A stretch of DNA of 61,668 bases, filler included. It is 5 parts of 5 records of this genome, joined end to end, with 100 filler letters (N's around TTAATTAATTAA, not from the genome) between each part and the next. Parts side by side here need not be neighbours in the genome. Positions count along the whole stretch, not along the records: positions 14,809 to 28,566 come from DRR723986_9808; positions 28,667 to 52,752 come from DRR723986_9811; 3 more parts are not named here. One strand, 5' to 3'. The notes under the pieces are model-generated. The model was not told the DNA's origin. It worked only from the letters and a program-made list of their open reading frames with translations, and searched no databases. The position numbers and the translations under genes are program-made. This document shows positions 20,073 to 29,904 of the stretch, one piece after another; position 1 is the first letter of the stretch; the number at the start of each line of letters is the position of its first letter.

Positions 20073-21638
20073 ATGCGAACCACTGACCTTGCGCGCGAAA
20101 ACGCCCGGCTGAAAGCCCGCCTTGCCGAGGTGGAGGCGACGCTGGCCGAAACGCAGGAGGCCAACCGGCGGCTGCAAGATATTCTGAGTGCGGCGCAGCG
20201 CGAGAAATTTGGCAAGCGCTCCGAAAAGCTCTCGCCCGACCAGTTCAACCTGTTCCTGGAAGATGCCGAGTTCGCCCAGGGCGTTCTGGAGGCCGCGCAG
20301 GAAAAGGCCGAAGCGGCGATGCAGCGGGCGCGCGGGGAAACACCGCGCAAGCCCAAACGCAACCGTGGCCATCTGCCACCGCATCTGCCGCGCGTCGAAC
20401 GCGTAATCGAGCCTGGCAGCACGCTCTGCCCCTGTGGCTGTGGCGAGATGGCCAAGATCGGGGAAGACGTCTCCGAACGGCTGGACGTGATCCCCGCGCA
20501 GTTCCGGGTGCTGGTCACGCGTCGCCCCAAATACGCCTGCCGCCGCTGCGCGCAGGCCGTGGTGCAAGCGCATGCGCCTGAACATGTGGTGCCTGGCGGG
20601 CTGCCCACGGAACTCTTCATCGCCTGGATTATCGTCTCGAAGTTCGGTGACCACCTGCCGTTTTATCGGCAGGCCGAGATCTTCAAGCGGCAAGGGATCG
20701 ATCTGGACCGCGGCACACTCGGCAACTGGGTCGGGCGCGCCTGTTTCCACCTGATGCCCGTCATCAACCATATGCGTGCCCATCTGCGTGGCGCAGATCG
20801 CATCTTCGTGGATGAAACCCGCGCGCCGGTGCTGGACCCGGGCCTGAAACGCACCAAGAGTGGCTACTTCTGGGCGGTTGTGTCCGATGATCGCGGTCAT
20901 GGCGGGGGTGGCCCACCCATCGTGCTGTTCCATTATGCCCCCGGTCGGGGCAAGGTGCATCCGCTGAACTTTCTGGCCGGATACCGTGGTCGGTTCCTGC
21001 AATGCGATGCCTACCAGTCCTACAACGCGATGACCGAGATCACGCGCGAGAACGGCCCATGGCAACTGGTCTATTGCTGGACGCATGTGCGCCGCCGCTT
21101 CGTCAAGCGCTTCGAGAGCGATGGCTCACCCATCGCTGAAGAAATGCTGCGCCAGATCGCGCTGCTTTATCAAATCGAGAAGTCCGTCCGCGGCAAAGAG
21201 GCGCCTGCGCGCCTCGCCGCCCGGCGTGAACATGCGGCTCCGATCATCGCGGCGCTGAAACCCTGGCTGGAAGCCCAGCTCTCGCGGATTCCACAGAAAT
21301 CCCGGCTCGCCGAAGACATCCGCTACACGCTGGCCCACTGGCCCGGCCTGATCCGCTTCCTTGATGACGGCACGCTGGAACTCGACACCAACCCGGTCGA
21401 GAACCAGATCCGCCCGATCGCCCTGACAAGAAAGAATGCACTATTTGCAGGGAATGAAGTCGGCGCCGAGAACTGGGCCATGCTGGCCTCGCTGGTCGCC
21501 ACCTGCAAGATGTCCGACGTGAACCCCGTCGACTATCTCGCCACCACCCTGCGCGCCATCCTCGACGGCCACCCGCAAAGCGGCATCGAAGACCTCATGC
21601 CGTGGCGCTTCAACCAGCCGTCAAGCCTCGCCGCATAG
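20073..21638 (+). CDS. tnpC: IS66 DDE transposase TnpC
   Basis: FGKRSEK, Zn finger CPCGC..CRRC, KFGDHLPFYRQ, VDET, CWTHVRRRF, DTNPVENQIRP. Confidence 0.96.
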   Translation: MRTTDLARENARLKARLAEVEATLAETQEANRRLQDILSAAQREKFGKRSEKLSPDQFNLFLEDAEFAQGVLEAAQEKAEAAMQRARGETPRKPKRNRGHLPPHLPRVERVIEPGSTLCPCGCGEMAKIGEDVSERLDVIPAQFRVLVTRRPKYACRRCAQAVVQAHAPEHVVPGGLPTELFIAWIIVSKFGDHLPFYRQAEIFKRQGIDLDRGTLGNWVGRACFHLMPVINHMRAHLRGADRIFVDETRAPVLDPGLKRTKSGYFWAVVSDDRGHGGGGPPIVLFHYAPGRGKVHPLNFLAGYRGRFLQCDAYQSYNAMTEITRENGPWQLVYCWTHVRRRFVKRFESDGSPIAEEMLRQIALLYQIEKSVRGKEAPARLAARREHAAPIIAALKPWLEAQLSRIPQKSRLAEDIRYTLAHWPGLIRFLDDGTLELDTNPVENQIRPIALTRKNALFAGNEVGAENWAMLASLVATCKMSDVNPVDYLATTLRAILDGHPQSGIEDLMPWRFNQPSSLAA

Positions 21639-21974
21639 GGCCACGCGGTGGCGCTTACCAATGAGCTGCGAGCTCGTGTTGTTATCTGGCCGCCCCCGTT
21701 GCCAACCCGTCTGCACCGCAACCTGCCACAAGACTGGATGCGGGACGGTTTGAGATGCAGGCTGAAGAGGTTGATGTGCGGGCGAAAAAGAAAACTAATC
21801 GGCCGGACGGACCCGAAGCATTGAGACCCTGGCTTTTATTAAGGCTGGCCATTTCTTGAGGGCCAGGGTTCGCGGATTACCCATTTGGGCGCGCCATAGT
21901 CGACCGGCGATGTCGGATGGATTTCAACACCCGTGACGCTCAATGACTGCCTCGAAACGCTCGCAAGGGGGAGC

Positions 21975-22166
21975 CGTCCATAGATGTAGAAGGTGCCTTC
22001 GACATGCCGTTGTTGCGCTATAGGTCAGCGCCCTTCTCGCCTGCCGCCTCGTGATCGTCCAGGACGCCGTTGATCTGTTCGTCCATGAATCCGTTCGCCT
22101 CATTGTCCGTCCTCAGGTTGGGCCGGACTCTAATCGACGGTTAAGGGAACAACCCGTAGCAGGTCA
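21975..22166 (-). pseudogene. Eroded IS3 family (IS407-like) left end and orfA fragment
   Basis: Minus strand begins TGACCTGC...TTAGAGTCCGGCCC, then GAGGACGGACA-ATG (22103). Frameshifted pieces read F.DEQINGVL.DHEA.G...ADL*RNNGMS and EGTFY, typical of IS3 OrfA. Confidence 0.75.
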
Positions 22167-22323
22167 GACCGGTTGTCAGTAATCATCACGATCGGATCAC
22201 CGGTCCGCCTTGGAAAGCGAGCCGGAAGCACCCAACTTGCGTCTATCCAAAACTGGATGGACGCGCATAGAATCGCAAGCTCTCGTTAAAAAAGATGGGC
22301 CCGCGGGGGCAGAAAGTACGAGA

Positions 22324-22644
22324 TCAGTTGGTACCCGACGTGGCGTTAGTTGAGCTTCCACCGCTTCCGAACACCGCCCCCATGACAAGCAGAGCGCCCA
22401 CGCCTGCAAGAGCAGCAGTTCCTTGAGAATTTCCAAGCAATAGGCCGCAGCCGTTATAAATGTCGATATCGCTGTCATCACAGTCGATATTGTTGAGCAC
22501 GTAACCAAGCGGTTGAGTGTCCGCTTCGACTGACACGTCAGCATTTCCATAACCATCAGCGTCGAGGTCCTGGAACCAAATCTCCGCCATGAGGGGCGAG
22601 GTCACCATGCTGGCTGCAAATGTAAGGGCGACGGTGAATTTCAT
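22324..22644 (-). CDS. Small secreted protein with a MopE-like metal-binding repeat and a YjbE/GfcA-like tail
   Basis: Signal peptide, WFQDLDADGYGN...GYVLNNIDCDD motif, hydrophobic segment and G/S/T-rich tail. It lies downstream of yjbH-yjbF on the same strand. Confidence 0.7.
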   Translation of the reverse strand: MKFTVALTFAASMVTSPLMAEIWFQDLDADGYGNADVSVEADTQPLGYVLNNIDCDDSDIDIYNGCGLLLGNSQGTAALAGVGALLVMGAVFGSGGSSTNATSGTN

Positions 22645-22843
22645 TTCACAACTCCAGTCAGAGGATGAACGATCGTTTCGGATAGAAGTATATCATTAGT
22701 ATGAAGCCGCTGAAAGATGCAAGGCACGTGAAGAGGGCCATCAGTTGCAAAAGCAAAACTCGATCCTCAGGCTTGCTCAAAAAATCAGCTCGCGGGCCCG
22801 CAAGAGAAGCGGTTGCAATTTCAAGACATCCGAATGAGCAGCG

Positions 22844-23512
22844 TTACCGATGCAAGCGCTCAATGTGAAGATACCCGATGCTGGCTCCGGCAAATTGGAC
22901 GGACTTCCAGATCAGCCCCTCACCATCAATCCAGTACTGATTTTCGAAACTGTGATCCGTGGCCCTGCACTGTTCGACCACCTGCTCTGTGCGATGAATA
23001 ACTTCAAAAATTTCAATATTTTGAGCGCCACCGCTAAAGTACTCGCAGTAATAGCTCCTTGTGTAGTCCCGGTTTTGGCCATCGAGGTATCTTAAGGTCC
23101 GCGTCGCTGTGGCACCCACTGGCTGATCGAGAACCTCGAGGACCGCGCTCACATCCGAACTCAGGATATCCCCGCCATACCCGCGTGTTGAGATGACCAG
23201 GCCCGGGTGCATGAGGGACAACCCAACCCCATCTCCGCCAGCCCAACTCGTTACACCACGGTTGGCTCCAATCGAGAGCATCGTTGCGGAGGCCCCCCTG
23301 TCAGGAAGCTCCACGAGGATCAAGGGAACAGCCGCCGCGTCAATTGTCGCACGCGGCAGGCTTCTGGCGGTGGATGAAGCCCGACTCTCAGTAGGTCCAA
23401 ACCTGTCAACAGTCATTCTAAGCAGGTCGACTCCATCTCCGACATTTCCGCACCCAAACACGGTCAGCAGCGTCAGTCCGACCGAAATGACCCGCAAAGT
23501 CTTCATCGCCAT
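22844..23512 (-). CDS. yjbF: YjbF/GfcB family lipoprotein
   Basis: Lipobox VFGC, G.VISTRGYGGD, E.C.....FENQYWID..G.IWKSVQ; adjacent to yjbH. The start is approximate. Confidence 0.85.
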   Translation of the reverse strand: MAMKTLRVISVGLTLLTVFGCGNVGDGVDLLRMTVDRFGPTESRASSTARSLPRATIDAAAVPLILVELPDRGASATMLSIGANRGVTSWAGGDGVGLSLMHPGLVISTRGYGGDILSSDVSAVLEVLDQPVGATATRTLRYLDGQNRDYTRSYYCEYFSGGAQNIEIFEVIHRTEQVVEQCRATDHSFENQYWIDGEGLIWKSVQFAGASIGYLHIERLHR

Positions 23513-25671
23513 ACTCGCCCCCAACTTTCTTCGAGATTGGGTTGGTGATAGTCGCTTATCAAGCCGTGAAGACGATTTGGAACGTCAAGGCGGGCGCCAC
23601 CATCGCGCTGAATTGGCCTGAAGGCAACTTGCTGCTCACCACGCGAAGAGGTTCCCAGAAACCATCCAAGGGGAATGTTAAGACGGATACCCTTATCGAA
23701 CGATCCCTCCCCAAAGTCTTCAAAACTGACATCCGTCAGTGTGGCGAACGCCCCGACGCTCCAGCCATTGCTGAACGTTCTATCGAGACTGATCGTCGCG
23801 CCCCAGTCTCCCGCCAGATATCTGCCAGCGTCGATTTGCAGGTCGTAACCGCCTCCCAGATCATAGTACGCGGACAGGTGGCCACTTGTGATGGAATAAT
23901 CCCGCAAGCCAAACATTTGATCGAAGTCTCTTTGCCAAACATGGTTGACCTCAACTCCCAGTCCCAACCGACTGTCTACGGGTTGCCAAAGAAGTTCTGC
24001 CGAGACGCCTGCAAACATCGGTTCGAAGTATCCTAGAGAGAGACGCGAGTACACATCCGGCGCCGGTCTCGAAAAATGCTCCAGCATAAGGTGTCGAAGC
24101 GCCAAATCCCCTTCCCGATCATATAGTGCAGAATCAGATCTGACATGGGGCAGAACAGAATCCGAAACCCGCATTGAGTCACCGATATCTCCAACAGCTC
24201 TGGCACGAACAGCACCACTTAAGAAAACACCGGGTAAAAATTCCAAGCGAGCCCCTAGTTCAAGACCTGCTGCATATCTGTAGGGATCATCGGGGTCGAA
24301 GAGAGCCGTTTCAAGATATGGCCCAAGGTTCCAATCAAGCCTGGGGTATGGAACTGGAGAAATCTCAACTTCAGAGGGTACAGAGGCCACTGCGTCCCGG
24401 ATCTCCGCCCGTCCGAAGGAGAGGAAAGTGCCATCTGGATGGTGTTCTAGGTCTTCTAGATCTGAACGCTGCAACACAATTCGCGAAGTTGGGACACTTT
24501 CAACAAGAAAGACAATCTCAAACTGTTCAACCGAGTCAGGCAGAACAGTACTCATGATACGCGCTGCTCTCCCCACGGCTTGCGCTTCGAATTCAAAGCG
24601 ATTGTTCACCAGCTGGATGGTGGCACGGTCCACATTAAGCCCCAGGTCGAGAAGGTGCATCCCCTCCGCACTCAGGCGACGTGATAACGCTGCGAAGTAG
24701 GTCACAGCTCCTTCCTCGACGATCCAGGTCTCGGAGTACGAACCTGCGCTCGCTGGCCTGACGGCGACAGGGACTGGCATTCCGTCCCTACCGCCCAGCA
24801 CATTCGGGCGGTTGGGATTGAGCGAGTAGGATAGAGAAATACCAACCTCAGCCCCGTGAAGGTACCTCAAACCCAGAGTGGTTCCTGACCCGAAATCATA
24901 GGTCAATCCCACATTCAAAGGACTTCTCTCCTGAAACACACCGTCCGCTTGCTCTGCAGCGTAGGCATCAGAGGAATACTCAATCTGGAAGGCGAGCTGA
25001 TCCGAGACCTGCCACTCGATGCCCCCGAATATTGCAGCATCTCCCCGGAACCAGTGGTTGCCATTGAATGTGCCGCCCAAACCGAAATCGTTCGGGCGCG
25101 TCTCGAAGCGCTCGTCGATGGCTCCAAGCGGATTTGTGAAGCCATCCCTGGACCCCAGGCGCCCCCAACCAATTCCGAGCGAGGCAGAGACCTGATCCTC
25201 TCGCCCGAAATGACGGCTCGCAACAATATACTCCGACCCATAGACCCCCGTTCCCCCGAAATCTCGAAGGCCCACGGCCACCGCGGGCCAGAAGTCTCCC
25301 TCTCGAAGAACCTGAAAGTGAAGGTCAAAACTTCGATCGTAGAAGATGAAGTCCGATGGCGGCGCTCCGGCGCCAGGGCTGAAGCCTTCAAGAGCAGAGT
25401 ATCGGAAACTGCCTGTAAGACGCGGCGTGATCTGAAAGCTGAGGGTGCCTCGTGTATGGCCAGCAAAACTCGACACGGTCCCGGCAAGTTCTGCATCCGG
25501 CATAGTAAATGCCGAGGGCATGTCCACTAGCCCCGGCAAACCGTAACTGTTCAGGGTCACGGCGGAGGTGCCCGTCGCAAGCAAAGTCTGTGCGAGAACG
25601 GCAGGCGCAAGACAAGACATCCAAACAACATGCGCAGCAAGGGCTAGACATCTACAATTGCCTTCAGACAT
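23503..25671 (-). CDS. yjbH: YjbH/GfcD exopolysaccharide-associated outer-membrane protein
   Basis: GLVDMPSA, DRSFD, AVGLRDFGGTG.YGSEY, GRYLAGDWGAT, FGEGSFDKG, RDGGARL. Confidence 0.93.
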   Translation of the reverse strand: MSEGNCRCLALAAHVVWMSCLAPAVLAQTLLATGTSAVTLNSYGLPGLVDMPSAFTMPDAELAGTVSSFAGHTRGTLSFQITPRLTGSFRYSALEGFSPGAGAPPSDFIFYDRSFDLHFQVLREGDFWPAVAVGLRDFGGTGVYGSEYIVASRHFGREDQVSASLGIGWGRLGSRDGFTNPLGAIDERFETRPNDFGLGGTFNGNHWFRGDAAIFGGIEWQVSDQLAFQIEYSSDAYAAEQADGVFQERSPLNVGLTYDFGSGTTLGLRYLHGAEVGISLSYSLNPNRPNVLGGRDGMPVPVAVRPASAGSYSETWIVEEGAVTYFAALSRRLSAEGMHLLDLGLNVDRATIQLVNNRFEFEAQAVGRAARIMSTVLPDSVEQFEIVFLVESVPTSRIVLQRSDLEDLEHHPDGTFLSFGRAEIRDAVASVPSEVEISPVPYPRLDWNLGPYLETALFDPDDPYRYAAGLELGARLEFLPGVFLSGAVRARAVGDIGDSMRVSDSVLPHVRSDSALYDREGDLALRHLMLEHFSRPAPDVYSRLSLGYFEPMFAGVSAELLWQPVDSRLGLGVEVNHVWQRDFDQMFGLRDYSITSGHLSAYYDLGGGYDLQIDAGRYLAGDWGATISLDRTFSNGWSVGAFATLTDVSFEDFGEGSFDKGIRLNIPLGWFLGTSSRGEQQVAFRPIQRDGGARLDVPNRLHGLISDYHQPNLEESWGRVWR

Positions 25672-25929
25672 CAGCTTTCCAAAAAATAAACAGATTCCAT
25701 ATCTCGTTTTTAGTGGATCGGCCCCGGACCCGCAAAGAGGGAACAGGGACGGCGGGGGATCATTCGGGTATGTGTTTTAATTGGGACACAGAAACCGTTC
25801 GCTCCGGGCACAAATCCGCAGGATTTCGAGCTGAAACCGACCCCCTGAGATCTTGAGGACTTCCCTCCTGGGAATCCATTGGATAATCAGGTTCAGATAC
25901 ACACAATGCTGTTCAAGTGAGTTGAAGCT

Positions 25930-28032
25930 TTGACGAACCCAGACCTTGACAATGATGAAATCGATCTTCTGGCTCTCGCCGGCACCCTGTGGCGGGGCAA
26001 ATGGATCATTATCGCTGTCATGGTCTGCTTTGTCTTGGCTGGAGGTTACTATGCTTACCGAGTGGCCGTACCCCTCTATCCCGCAACGGCAACAATTGCC
26101 CTCAACGAGGGCCAGCAGCAGGTAATCACCGATATCGAGAGCATCGTATCCGGCGGCCCAGTCAACAGCATGGCGATCAATACCCAATTGGAGGTGTTGA
26201 GATCGCGGGACCTTATCGGGCAACTCGTTGATCACCTCGACCTTGTGAGCCAGCCCGCATTCAACGCACGCCTGAGAGAGCCAAGCCTCTTGAGCCGTGT
26301 CAGAGGTCAAATTCTCTCTCTGATCAACCCCATGCCGGAAGACCAGGAGACACTGCCCTCGCCAGAGGAAATCCGTGCAGGTGTGATCAGCGCCGTTCGA
26401 GAGGCAATTTCCGTCTCCAACATGCGAAATACACTCGTCATCAACATCTCTGTCACGACGACGAGCGCTCCTCTCTCAATGCAGATGGCGAATGCACTCG
26501 CGAACCTCTACATCGAGAACCAGATCCAGGTAAAGCTGGACGCCCTGTCCAGTGCCACGGAATTTCTCTCCCGCCGCACTTCCGAACTACAGCGGCGACT
26601 GGAAGACCTTGAGACCGAACTGTCCGTATTTTCCGATCAGTCAGAACTCGTCAGCCCGGCCGTTCTCGAGGCTCAGAGCTTGCAGCTGCGCGACCTGCGC
26701 ACGCGTCTGGCTGAGGCGCGGGAGCGCGTCCTGGAGGAAACGGCCAATCTTCAAACTCTCCGCGCGCTTAGACAGGAGGGCGACCTGGAGGCCCTCGTCA
26801 GCACCGCAAATGAGTTTCGTCTCAACCGCACCCTGGCGCAATATCGCGACGACCTGATTTCACTTGAGGATCTCCAATCAGACGTTGATCGTTTCCTGCT
26901 TCAAGTCGAGACCCAAGCAGAACGTGACAGTGAGCAGCTCACGGCGCTGGTGGCGTCAGAAGCCTTGCTCGCAAGCCAGCTTGAGCGTCAGTCCCAGGAG
27001 CTCATCGCCCTTCAGCAACTGGAGAGGGAAACGGAAACGGCGCGCCTTCTATATCAGAGCTTCTTCACGCGCCTGCAGGAAACAAACGTTCAGCAGGGAT
27101 TGGAAACGGCTGACAGCCGCCTCATCTCCGAGGCGATCCCCAGGCCCGCGTCCAGTCCTAGAAAAAGCCGTATCCTGGCTCTGGCCGGTATCCTTGGCAT
27201 GATGTTGGGAGCAGGACTGGTGCTGCTGCGCGAGCTGCGCTTTGCGGGTTTCAGGACGGCGGACGAGTTGCGAGGGCGCAGTGAGACCCGTGTTCTGGCA
27301 TCAGTGCCCCTGATCCCCGCACGCGAGCGACAGTCTGTCGTTTCCTACCTAAAGGACAAACCAAACTCCGTGATCTCGGAGGCCGTGCGGAACCTTCGCA
27401 CGTCAATTCTGATGTCCGACATAGACCACCCGCCTCAGGTCATCATGGTGACATCCTCCGTTCCAGGGGAGGGCAAGACGACACTGGCCATCGCTCTCGC
27501 GCGCAACATGGTCGGTCTGGGAAAGCGCGTTCTGTTAATCGAAGCCGATATACGCAGGCGCGTCTACTCCGCCTACATCGACACGAGCAAGACCGTGGCC
27601 CTTCTCGACCTCCTGACGGGGGCTGCGAAGCCCGAAGATGTAAGTCCCTTCGTCGAGGAATTGGGGTTCGATGTCCTGACGGGAACGAAGAGTGACGTGA
27701 ATGCGGCAGACCTTGTCGCATCCCAGCGCTTCTCGGATCTTCTCGCGAACCTGCGCCAACACTATGACTTCATTATTATCGATACGCCCCCCGTTCTCGC
27801 CGTCCCCGACGCCCGCGTAATCGGTGCAAAGAGCGATGCCAACATCTACGTGGTCAAGTGGAACAGTACGACCCGAACCCAACTTCATCAAGGGCTGGAA
27901 ATGCTGTCTAGCGTGGGGCTCGAGGTGACCGGTCTTGTTCTGAACCAGGTAGACCCCGGAAAGATGAAGTCATATGGGTACGCGGGCCAGTACGGCTACG
28001 ACGCCTACGGTTCCGGGTATTACGATCGATAG
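25930..28032 (+). CDS. wzc: Polysaccharide co-polymerase / BY tyrosine autokinase
   Basis: DEIDLL N-terminus with two TM segments, SEAVRNLRTSI, Walker A SSVPGEGKTT, IIIDTPP, Tyr-rich C-terminus. Confidence 0.95.
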   Translation: MTNPDLDNDEIDLLALAGTLWRGKWIIIAVMVCFVLAGGYYAYRVAVPLYPATATIALNEGQQQVITDIESIVSGGPVNSMAINTQLEVLRSRDLIGQLVDHLDLVSQPAFNARLREPSLLSRVRGQILSLINPMPEDQETLPSPEEIRAGVISAVREAISVSNMRNTLVINISVTTTSAPLSMQMANALANLYIENQIQVKLDALSSATEFLSRRTSELQRRLEDLETELSVFSDQSELVSPAVLEAQSLQLRDLRTRLAEARERVLEETANLQTLRALRQEGDLEALVSTANEFRLNRTLAQYRDDLISLEDLQSDVDRFLLQVETQAERDSEQLTALVASEALLASQLERQSQELIALQQLERETETARLLYQSFFTRLQETNVQQGLETADSRLISEAIPRPASSPRKSRILALAGILGMMLGAGLVLLRELRFAGFRTADELRGRSETRVLASVPLIPARERQSVVSYLKDKPNSVISEAVRNLRTSILMSDIDHPPQVIMVTSSVPGEGKTTLAIALARNMVGLGKRVLLIEADIRRRVYSAYIDTSKTVALLDLLTGAAKPEDVSPFVEELGFDVLTGTKSDVNAADLVASQRFSDLLANLRQHYDFIIIDTPPVLAVPDARVIGAKSDANIYVVKWNSTTRTQLHQGLEMLSSVGLEVTGLVLNQVDPGKMKSYGYAGQYGYDAYGSGYYDR

Positions 28033-28130
28033 TGCAGGACAGAGGCCTCACCTGTAGCATGTCGCGTATTTGTGCCGCTCCAAGTGCTCGTTTAAGCCAC
28101 CTTCCGTACAAAAGTGATCGGGCTTTTCCA

Positions 28131-28256
28131 GCCGCCGATTGAGCCTACGACACCCGCAATTGCCATGATGCGATTGCCACCCGCAATGCCCACGCAGTCA
28201 TTCCGCCACGCAAGAATGCCAAGCCTTGGACGCCCAAGACCGCCGCGGCAGCCTGA
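28131..28256 (+). pseudogene. IS5 family (IS903-like) transposase fragment
   Basis: Translates AD*AYDTRNCHDAIATRNAHAVIPPRKNAKPW, the DGAYD...VIPPRKNA motif with an internal stop. Confidence 0.8.
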
Positions 28257-28268
28257 CAGATACAGTTG

Positions 28269-28566
28269 CTAGAACCGCTCGACCCAAGGTCGCACGGCGA
28301 CCTCGTTTGTCCAGGCGCTTCGATCCTGATCGATCAGGTGGCGGTAGGTTCGGGCAATGGCCTCGGGTCTCAGCATGGATCCGGGTCTGTCATCAGGCTC
28401 GGATCGGCCGGGGTTCAGGATCATGCCGTCGATATTGATCCAGGCCACGTGGATGCCCTTCGGGTGCAGCTCCCGCGCCATGCTTTCTGCGAGGCCGCGC
28501 TGCGCGAATTTGCCCATGGCGAACGGGGCCGATTGGGGGAAGCCCTTGACGCCTGCGGAGGCGCCG
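28269..28566 (-). CDS. Short-chain dehydrogenase/reductase, C-terminal part
   Basis: KFAQRGLAESMARELHPKGIHVA...IDG...RPWVERF; cut by contig end. Confidence 0.85.
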
Positions 28567-28666
28567 NNNNNNNNNNNNNNNNNNNNNNNNNNNNNNNNNN
28601 NNNNNNNNNNTTAATTAATTAANNNNNNNNNNNNNNNNNNNNNNNNNNNNNNNNNNNNNNNNNNNN
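28567..28666. other. Artificial contig linker
   Basis: N44-TTAATTAATTAA-N44. Confidence 0.98.
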
Positions 28667-28724
28667 CGGCACACGGAGTGTGCCTACTACTATGTGCTTA
28701 CGGCACAGGGAATGTGCCTGCTAC
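28667..28724 (-). repeat. Two REP-like palindromes (GGCACAC-GGA-GTGTGCC-TAC type)
   Basis: Copies at 28667-28690 and 28701-28724. The minus strand begins GTAG followed by a hairpin, as in GTAG-type REPs. Confidence 0.7.
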
Positions 28725-28978
28725 TATGCACGATGGAATGAGTTGCGAAGTCCTGCGGCGACTTTCACCGCGAAGTACCAAAGACACTCGCCGTTCGGTT
28801 GACACCCCAGCATTGTAAACCCAATGCTTCCTCGATGCACCCGCCGGAACTGCGAAGATCTGCCAAGCAGACTGCCGCATCCATGATCGGCCAATAGTTT
28901 AGGATGGTCTACTAGACAGGTTATTATCAGTTTGGGTTCTGGGGCTACTCAAAAAAGGGTTCATTTGAGAGGCGCAAG

Positions 28979-29368
28979 ATGCAGCGATTTCGGTTCAGCA
29001 TAAAGTCAATTATGATCGCTTTGATTGTTGTCGCCATAGTCACCGCTGCGACGACGCGAGCAATCGATATGATGTATGTCATTGACTTTACCAGACGGAG
29101 CCCCTCGGTGTGCGATGTTCACCATGTTGATATGGTAAGACGGCTGGTGTCGATGAGACATGGCATGCCCCAATTTCCACTCTCGGACGCAGAATCTACT
29201 GATGAACTCATCAGGCAGCGACTGTTTCCCAATGCCAGGATGCCGAAGAGAACAGGTTATTGCATGCCGACCCGGCAAGAACTTGCGCGAGTTTGGGTCT
29301 GCGCGGAATGCAACCACGCGCGGCAGCGGTGGTTGGAGAACCTGCCTCCCAGTCATCCGAGGGACTAG
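28979..29368 (+). CDS. Hypothetical membrane-anchored protein with CxxH/CxxC motifs
   Basis: Planctomycete-style RFRFSIKSIMIAL N-terminus; CDVH, C and CAEC residues suggest metal binding. Confidence 0.6.
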   Translation: MQRFRFSIKSIMIALIVVAIVTAATTRAIDMMYVIDFTRRSPSVCDVHHVDMVRRLVSMRHGMPQFPLSDAESTDELIRQRLFPNARMPKRTGYCMPTRQELARVWVCAECNHARQRWLENLPPSHPRD

Positions 29369-29373
29369 ACTTT

Positions 29374-29703
29374 TCAGACGACGTAGTAGGTGGCGTAGAT
29401 TGCGATGGCAAAGGCAATGTTGAGAACCAACACGCCTAGGACGAGCATCGCTGACAACACCAACCCAAGTATTCCAACACCATTGAGTACTTTCGCGACA
29501 AACACTCGTGAGTCCACGGGCCGATGGTCAACAACGTCCGAGAGTGTAAGAACGGCAAACGAACTCCACAGGCTGCAAACACCGATGGGCAGTTGTTGCT
29601 GAAACTCGACGAGGTGCGGTGAAAGACCGAATGCCACTGCAATGGTCGTCATCACCAGCAGTAGGCCGCGTATTCCGAATTTTCGCAGGTCCGTAGTGAG
29701 CAT
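29374..29703 (-). CDS. Hypothetical small membrane protein
   Basis: KFGIRGLLLVMTTIAV planctomycete-type N-terminus and three hydrophobic segments. Confidence 0.5.
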   Translation of the reverse strand: MLTTDLRKFGIRGLLLVMTTIAVAFGLSPHLVEFQQQLPIGVCSLWSSFAVLTLSDVVDHRPVDSRVFVAKVLNGVGILGLVLSAMLVLGVLVLNIAFAIAIYATYYVV

Positions 29704-29904
29704 CTGAAGATTGTAACACGAAGCCGACTGGATCCGCGGTGAATGCGCCCGTGCGGAACTTGCTAGGTCCGGATACAGTCGATTCGATGGCGGTGCTAGT
29801 TGGCTGGTATTCGCTAGCCACGTTCGACGATGGGGCCAAGTCTGAGCAGTGTAGTGCGGCTGTGTAGTACGGCTGACATGCTTCGACGAAGCCAACTACA
29901 CCAA

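Larger units (their letters stand above)
19134..21658 (+). mobile_element. Complete IS66 family element with 8-bp target duplication
   Basis: Ends GTAAGCGC...GCGCTTAC; flanking direct repeat CAATGAGC at 19126-19133 and 21659-21666; contains tnpA, tnpB and tnpC. Confidence 0.97.

Noticed and set aside
20061-21086. Long antisense ORFs inside IS66, copA, wza and other GC-rich genes
   Set aside because: Shadow ORFs expected from codon bias, opposite well-supported genes.
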